Assembly: GCA_965223265.1 (NCBI GenBank)
Contig: OZ244999.1
Span: forward strand, 3,328,001 to 3,392,000
Direction of reading: 5' to 3'
Origin: Planctomycetota bacterium
Lineage (GTDB): Bacteria > Planctomycetota > UBA8108 > SXIK01
Length of the DNA: 64,000 bases
Part shown: in pieces, positions 58,451 through 64,000 of the stretch
Position numbering within the stretch: position 1 is the stretch's first letter
Layout of the letters: each line of letters begins with the position of its first letter
The notes under the pieces: model-generated
What the model saw: the letters and a program-made list of their open reading frames with translations, nothing else
What the model was told of the DNA's origin: nothing
Databases searched by the model: none
Position numbers and translations under genes: made by a program

Positions 58451-59991
58451 TTCGGGAACACCGTAGTCACTGGGAGTTGGAAGTCGTCCATCACGTCCGA
58501 CTTGAAACGAATCTTGCCGCACAAGAGCTCAGCGAGAATCGCGAAGCCGATGCCAACCCCAACGCCTCCGAGGCAACCAAACAGAATCAACTGCAGGCGG
58601 TTTGTCTTGAAAACCGACGAGCGCGGTTCCTCAACCGGGCGTAGAATCACCGGCTCGACGTTTCCGAGTTCTTCCGCCTTTCGTGCCTGTTGGAGCAGCT
58701 CTTCTTTTTTATTTAGTTCGAGGACGAGATTCTCTCGCTCCCTGACAAGGCGTGCGAGTTTTTTGGCGCTCTCTAACCGCTGCTGATAGCGGGCAATCCA
58801 CTTCCTGATTCGCTCGCGCTCTTCCTCCCTGAGGGCTTCGACTTCGCGCTGCCGCTTGGCGAGTACAGCTTGATATCTGGCGTCGGCGCTCTCTTCGGTC
58901 TCTTCTTCGTCGTCGTCGCCACCGCCAATATGAAGAGCGGCGAGAGTGTCCTCGCGCTTCTCCTCAAGCTCGGCGATCTCCTCGTTGAGTCGTTCGATTG
59001 TCTCGTTTGCTTCCGCGATCACCCTCTTCTTCTTCGATTTGATGACCTTTGCCTGTGCCTCGTTGCGCAGGACTCTTTTGAGACTGATCTGGGCGTCCAG
59101 TTCCTCGAGTACCGGGTCATCGGCGACCTTGCTTGGCGGCGGAGCGCCCGGGCCCTGGTAGGCCCACGGGGTGGGAACTGGCGTCAGGGGATCGGTTGGT
59201 AGTATGGAACTCGACTGTATGAGACGACGTTCGTATTCGTCGAGGTCGCGACTCGACGCGGCGATCTGATTTCGGATCGAGTCACTGTCCTCATTGAGGA
59301 CGTCGGGGTTGTTTTTATCGAAATCCTCAAGCGATTGGCTGATTTTCTGGACGTCGCCCATATTGATCTCAACCATCTCGCTAAGCCCTCTGACGTGGAT
59401 GTCGACCTCATTGGCAAGGGCATGTTCTCTGTAGGTGGTAATCCAAGTCTCGAGCTCTTTTGTGATGTACTCTCGCGAGCTCCCGACAACACGGAACACG
59501 AGGAGGTTCCCAGGCTTGGGAGTCACATCGGACCGGGCGAGAAAAGCGTCGACCAGCGTATCATCTCGGGTGCGACCATCGCCGCCCTGAACGTTCGGAA
59601 AGAGTTGACCGCTGACCTTCTTTTGGATGCGGTTGAAGAGACTCTTCTCTTTTGTCGACTTTGAGTCTCCACCCGTATGCTGCTCCATCTCTTGCACGAC
59701 CGTCCGGATGACCGAGGTGGTCCGGGCGAGCTCCGAGTGGACGACCGTGTTGGCGTCGAGTCCTCGGGGGTTCGTGGCTCTCAGCTGCTGTCGCTCAGAA
59801 GATTTCAACACCTGATATTTTGCGACGGCCTCGTAGATCGGCGCCTGCGTCGTGATGTAGGCCCACATGGCGACGCCGCCGGCCAAGAGACAGACGAGGA
59901 CGCCCAGCCAGTGGGACGTCAAGGCATAGAGCAGCTCGGGAGGGCGCGTGACGATTCGGAAGAGCCTGCGCTGCAGAAACTGAGCGTTCAT
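58447..59991 (-). CDS. Polysaccharide co-polymerase (Wzz/GumC-like chain-length determinant)
   Basis: N-terminal TM followed by PIYEA, long coiled coil, P..EP motif, Gly-rich second TM (GCLGGVGVGIGFAILAELL), tail ..DV...LPV...FP. Confidence 0.8.
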   Translation of the reverse strand: MNAQFLQRRLFRIVTRPPELLYALTSHWLGVLVCLLAGGVAMWAYITTQAPIYEAVAKYQVLKSSERQQLRATNPRGLDANTVVHSELARTTSVIRTVVQEMEQHTGGDSKSTKEKSLFNRIQKKVSGQLFPNVQGGDGRTRDDTLVDAFLARSDVTPKPGNLLVFRVVGSSREYITKELETWITTYREHALANEVDIHVRGLSEMVEINMGDVQKISQSLEDFDKNNPDVLNEDSDSIRNQIAASSRDLDEYERRLIQSSSILPTDPLTPVPTPWAYQGPGAPPPSKVADDPVLEELDAQISLKRVLRNEAQAKVIKSKKKRVIAEANETIERLNEEIAELEEKREDTLAALHIGGGDDDEEETEESADARYQAVLAKRQREVEALREEERERIRKWIARYQQRLESAKKLARLVRERENLVLELNKKEELLQQARKAEELGNVEPVILRPVEEPRSSVFKTNRLQLILFGCLGGVGVGIGFAILAELLCGKIRFKSDVMDDFQLPVTTVFPK

Positions 59992-60031
59992 CGAATGACT
60001 CCGTCCACGGCTGAAAGTTCTATAGAAATCA

Positions 60032-63000
60032 TTATGACGTTGCCGAAGCGCTGTCGGGCCTCCGGCCTGAGCTGCGATCGGCACCCTCTGATGCCTGTCG
60101 GATGGCTGACTTGACTTTCATCAGCAGGTCGTCTGCCTCACTTCGCGTCGAGAACTTCAGTGACTTCAGGGCCTCTTCGAGGGTGCTCCTGGCGAGCTCA
60201 TGATCTTCCAGGCTATGAAGGACGACAGCAAAGCGATAGAGATAATCTGGCTTCCTAGACGATTCTACCAGTTGAGCGTAGATTTCCTTGGCTTCGATCT
60301 TCCGTCCATTGCGGAAAAGCGCCCAACCGTAGGTGTCACGCACCAGGTTTTGTCGGTCTCCATTGCCCGGGACGTCTTCCGTCGCCGCTTCTAGGGCGTC
60401 GCGGGCCAGCTCGAGACCACGCTCGCGATCCGCTTCATCAACGCTCTCGACGAGTCCCCAGGCGAGGTTATTCAGTAGACCCAACGGCGGCTCGATTTGG
60501 TCTCGCTTGTAGGCGGCCAAGGCCTTTCGATAATGTTCTACACTGCGCAGACGATACTCTTGTCGAGTGAAGCGACTCAGGGTGGTTTCGCTGAGGCGAG
60601 AGGACCGATCGCCCAAGAACAGATGGCACAGCCCCTCGAAGGCGGTCACCGTGCCGAGACGTTGACGAACAGCAGGATACAAGGCTTCTTCAAGCTCTGC
60701 CACGCGGTTTCTGCTCTTGGCAATTTGCCACTGCTGCGCGATCCAGGCCAGACGCTGGTCAGGTGATAGGGCGGGGCTCTCCAGAACCCGGTCGAGCACC
60801 TCCGCCCATGCCGACCCTGAAGTTTCTTGCGTCTCAACGAAGCGCTTGACCCGCTCGATCCCGTCGGCGCCTTGGCGTTCGTCAGCAAGGGAGGACAACA
60901 GAGGCCAAAGAGTCGTTGATCGCGGATGAGTGCAGCCGAGTGCGAGCAGAAGTTCTCGAGCGGCGATGTGTTCGCCTGCTGCCTGGAGAAAGCGAACCAT
61001 GGCAGCGTGACCTTCCCCGCTGACACGCGGCGCGGCCCTCAGTAGGTCGACCGCAGCCAAAAACTGTTCCTTTGATGTCGGCTCACCAAGCTTTGTCGGC
61101 AGTACGATCGTCTCGGCCAGCGCCAAATAGGCGGGCAGGAATGTCCACTCGGTTTGGATCACCCGGCGCAGCGTCTGATTGAGGAGAATCTGCTGGCGGA
61201 GGATGTCCTGCTCCGGCAAGTCCTGCGCACGGCGATAAAAGTAGCGATGGCGATGAGCCTGAAAAAGGATCCAGAGCGGCTGGTGGTGATATCGCTCGTC
61301 CTTGACCATCCCTTCGATTTCAGTGATGAGCTCCTCCGGGACGTCGTCTTCCGGGGTGAGCTCGCGCAGTCGAATGTTCAAAAGTTCGAGCTGGTTGGCT
61401 GGAAAGTCGGGACTGCGTCGGTACTCCTGCTTAGCTCGCACCAATTTCTGCTTGTGCTCCGCCGAGTCGGACGCCAACCGGGACGCCTGCTCCAATTCGG
61501 AGGTGCCACGGAGGAAGGCCACGAAGCCACCGAAGTCGCTCTGAATCGAACCGGAGTCGCGGAGTGCAGCAGCGTAGTCACCGAGAAGAAGCGATTTCAA
61601 CGCCGAGGAGAACTGGTGGAGCTCTTTCTTGTTGCTGTTCGGAAAGAGCGGTTCTACGAATCGGTCAAATGCAGCGCCTTCGTTCTGGCGCATGTAATGG
61701 CGAGTGAGTTGTTGCAGGACCCTCAGAGACTGGGGATCGGCTGCAGGCTGTTCGAGAAAAAGACCAAGGAACTCCGTCAACGCGCTCTCGACGGCGTCGT
61801 CTTGATCCGCGCCGTCTTTGCTGACGATTTCAAGAAAAGTCTGGGCGATTTGGCGGCGGATCTCGCGGCTAGCCGGAAACCTCTGGCGCCCTTGACGCAG
61901 GCTCTCGACGGCCGGTGCGCGACCTGAGACCGCCTTGACGATACCGGCGACGACGAGGTGCTCCGAAGCCGTTTTGGTGTTCGCGCTTGCCTCGCTCAGA
62001 AGGACGTCCAGTCGACTCTTGGCCTCTGCTTCGAGTGACTGAGATTGCCGCGCTTTGACCAAAAAACGAGCTTTCGACGCTAACTCTGCGAGTATAGGGC
62101 CGGAGTCGAGCGACACATCGAAGAAGTGAAAGGCTGACGGGTCGCCTGGTCGCAGATCCAGAGTCGACTGGGCAAACGACAGGGCATGCGCCATCCTCTC
62201 GCTCGGTTCGCGGTCTCGAAGCGCCGCGTCGAGCAGCGGCAGGGCGGTCTCGGTGTCACCGCTCTTGAGGAAGCTGAAGCCGCGCAGCGCTTGAAACGTC
62301 CAGCTCAAGTCCGACTCGGGAAGATCAACGCCGTCAGCCACCCGCTGTGCGAGCTGCAGCGTGCCGCCGGGCTCGTGGAGTCGCGCAAACTGACTCGAGC
62401 GAAGGTAAGCCTTAGCGATTTCGACGAGATCGAGGAGGTAGCGTCTCGTCTCGATCTCCTCATGGTCGAAGTTTTCAGTCTTCGTTCGGTCGAGGGAAGC
62501 TTCGACGCGACTCACGGCCTCTTCGGGGAGGAGAGAGTCGAGAGCAACTAAGAAAAACTCGTCCGCATCCGAAAGCCATTTCTCCTCACCTCGTGTGTCG
62601 CCGCGCTGGTTCGCGGCATCGGCTGCAAGGAGTGCAAGCCTCCCGAGCACAGATGCCAAAGCCTTCGGCGGCGGCTCATCCACCCTGAGCAATTCTCCGA
62701 GGCCGTCGGCTGCGGGGTCTTCATCGTCGGCTCGGATCAGGGCGCGGCGCTCAATCATGCGAGCCAGCCACCAGCGTCGCTGCTCGTCCGTCGCGAACTC
62801 CTTCAGAGCATCGCTCTCGATCAGTTCTCGAGCTTTGTCGAGTGAGGCGCGGGCAGACGCAGCGAGCTGATCAGGATCCTCGGGGCAATCCAGTGAATCG
62901 GGGCGATTGGTCCCTCGACAGAGCCGGTCCTGCGAGGACTGGGCGATTGCGATGGCTGTGTGCACCCAGATCTTCTCGGGTAGCGTTCTCGCGTAGGTTT

Positions 63001-63499
63001 GGAGAGCGCGTTGATACAGCGCGACCGCGCGGGTCGGGTCCAACGAATCGGTCGCGATGATGCCCAGCTCGATCGTTGCCTCAAGCGGAAGAACATCGAC
63101 GATGCTTTGCGCGTAGGCCCGGGCCTCTCCAAATCGGTGCAATCGACGCGCGACGCGAGCGCGATGCAGGTTGATCGGTAGTGTATCCGTCGCACCGCTC
63201 TCCAATACCGAACTGTAAATGGCGAGAGCCTCCTCGAGACCCTTTTGAGTGTTTTGGTGCTCGAGGATCTGCGCTCGCATCACCAAGTCATACGTGGATT
63301 CAGGAATGAGCTCGAGAACCCTCTTGTTGACCTCTTCGGCGCGCTCCAGATCTTCGATTTGCGAGAACAACACCGCGGTCGCTTCTCTCCAGCGCCGGAT
63401 CTTCTTGTCGTACGTGTCGCGAAGGAGAAACCAGGGGATTCCGCCCAAGACGACGAGAATCAAAACAACCGCGATGATTCGCTTCAAAGTTGGTGTCAT
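60032..63499 (-). CDS. Large membrane-anchored TPR protein of the EPS locus
   Basis: 1155 aa, N-terminal TM, helical repeats, C-terminal LNNLAW..DTYGW..YLYRFA. Confidence 0.8.
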   Translation of the reverse strand: MTPTLKRIIAVVLILVVLGGIPWFLLRDTYDKKIRRWREATAVLFSQIEDLERAEEVNKRVLELIPESTYDLVMRAQILEHQNTQKGLEEALAIYSSVLESGATDTLPINLHRARVARRLHRFGEARAYAQSIVDVLPLEATIELGIIATDSLDPTRAVALYQRALQTYARTLPEKIWVHTAIAIAQSSQDRLCRGTNRPDSLDCPEDPDQLAASARASLDKARELIESDALKEFATDEQRRWWLARMIERRALIRADDEDPAADGLGELLRVDEPPPKALASVLGRLALLAADAANQRGDTRGEEKWLSDADEFFLVALDSLLPEEAVSRVEASLDRTKTENFDHEEIETRRYLLDLVEIAKAYLRSSQFARLHEPGGTLQLAQRVADGVDLPESDLSWTFQALRGFSFLKSGDTETALPLLDAALRDREPSERMAHALSFAQSTLDLRPGDPSAFHFFDVSLDSGPILAELASKARFLVKARQSQSLEAEAKSRLDVLLSEASANTKTASEHLVVAGIVKAVSGRAPAVESLRQGRQRFPASREIRRQIAQTFLEIVSKDGADQDDAVESALTEFLGLFLEQPAADPQSLRVLQQLTRHYMRQNEGAAFDRFVEPLFPNSNKKELHQFSSALKSLLLGDYAAALRDSGSIQSDFGGFVAFLRGTSELEQASRLASDSAEHKQKLVRAKQEYRRSPDFPANQLELLNIRLRELTPEDDVPEELITEIEGMVKDERYHHQPLWILFQAHRHRYFYRRAQDLPEQDILRQQILLNQTLRRVIQTEWTFLPAYLALAETIVLPTKLGEPTSKEQFLAAVDLLRAAPRVSGEGHAAMVRFLQAAGEHIAARELLLALGCTHPRSTTLWPLLSSLADERQGADGIERVKRFVETQETSGSAWAEVLDRVLESPALSPDQRLAWIAQQWQIAKSRNRVAELEEALYPAVRQRLGTVTAFEGLCHLFLGDRSSRLSETTLSRFTRQEYRLRSVEHYRKALAAYKRDQIEPPLGLLNNLAWGLVESVDEADRERGLELARDALEAATEDVPGNGDRQNLVRDTYGWALFRNGRKIEAKEIYAQLVESSRKPDYLYRFAVVLHSLEDHELARSTLEEALKSLKFSTRSEADDLLMKVKSAIRQASEGADRSSGRRPDSASATS

Positions 63500-64000
63500 G
63501 GTGTCGGCTCAGTCTTGGCCGGGGAGGTGAAGTCCCGGCGGGGAAGGTGATTTTCAAGCGCTGCAAGGAATTTGAGCATTGCGTCGGTGTAGATGCGCCG
63601 TGTGATTTCGTCAGACGGACCGAGGTCGCCAGCGAGCGTGATGACCGCGTGCCAAGGCGAACGCTTGATCCGGTCGGTGAAAAAAGCCTTCCACCGATTT
63701 GGCTTGTAGTCGCCATCGATAAAGATCGTGTGGAGGCTGATCGATGGATTCTTGTATTTGTCCTGCCAGTAGGCTTCGGCGAACCCCAGCTCAGCTCCAT
63801 CTCCGCTCGGCAAGTGCACGATTTCCTGCTTCTGGAGACGCAAACCTCCGGCTTCGAAGCAGACGAGCGGATGGTGGTCCCCGGCCGTTGAACCGCCCGA
63901 GACGAACCCGACATAAAGGCGCATTGTCAGGCCGCCGTTCGAATAGCTGCGGTTGAGATAGTCGGCAACGCCGGCGACCCGTACGATCTCGTCCGTGAGA
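63496..64000 (-). CDS. Exosortase-associated EpsI-family protein, 5'-truncated by the window edge
   Basis: Frame open to the edge: LTDEIVRVAGVADYLNRSY..MRLYVGF..HHPLVCF..G, resembling the EpsI DY..R.Y / H.P..C pattern. ATGA overlap with the TPR gene. Confidence 0.7.
   Translation of the reverse strand, partial: LTDEIVRVAGVADYLNRSYSNGGLTMRLYVGFVSGGSTAGDHHPLVCFEAGGLRLQKQEIVHLPSGDGAELGFAEAYWQDKYKNPSISLHTIFIDGDYKPNRWKAFFTDRIKRSPWHAVITLAGDLGPSDEITRRIYTDAMLKFLAALENHLPRRDFTSPAKTEPTP

Overview
GC-rich bacterial window, most consistent with a Planctomycetota genome (DUF1549/DUF1553 protein, CRTAC1/FG-GAP proteins, repeated planctomycete-type dockerin-like module, FGE-domain protein). Most of it is core metabolism and envelope genes: IlvD-family dehydratase, icd, clpB, three-gene pnt transhydrogenase, serC, altronate dehydrogenase, GH13, class II DAHP synthase, proS, glcDEF, an AttEFGH-like ABC/lipocalin module and the end of an exosortase-type EPS locus. 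I saw no rRNA, tRNA, CRISPR array, transposase, integrase or phage gene. The most notable observations are: (1) three copies of a ~160-180 bp foldback MITE, two of which bracket a GT9 gene and an orphan gene in inverted orientation; (2) an EPS operon whose BY-kinase homologue lacks the Walker A Lys and Walker B Asp and which runs directly into the AttEFGH-like exporter; (3) a sigma54-type promoter with paired TGCC-N5-GGCA boxes upstream of clpB; (4) the same dockerin-like module on three unrelated secreted proteins, one nearly stand-alone and frameshifted; (5) a 200-bp C/A-rich hexamer tract with G-quadruplex/Z-DNA potential. All assignments come from reading motifs by eye. No searches were run, so no claim of novelty is verified.
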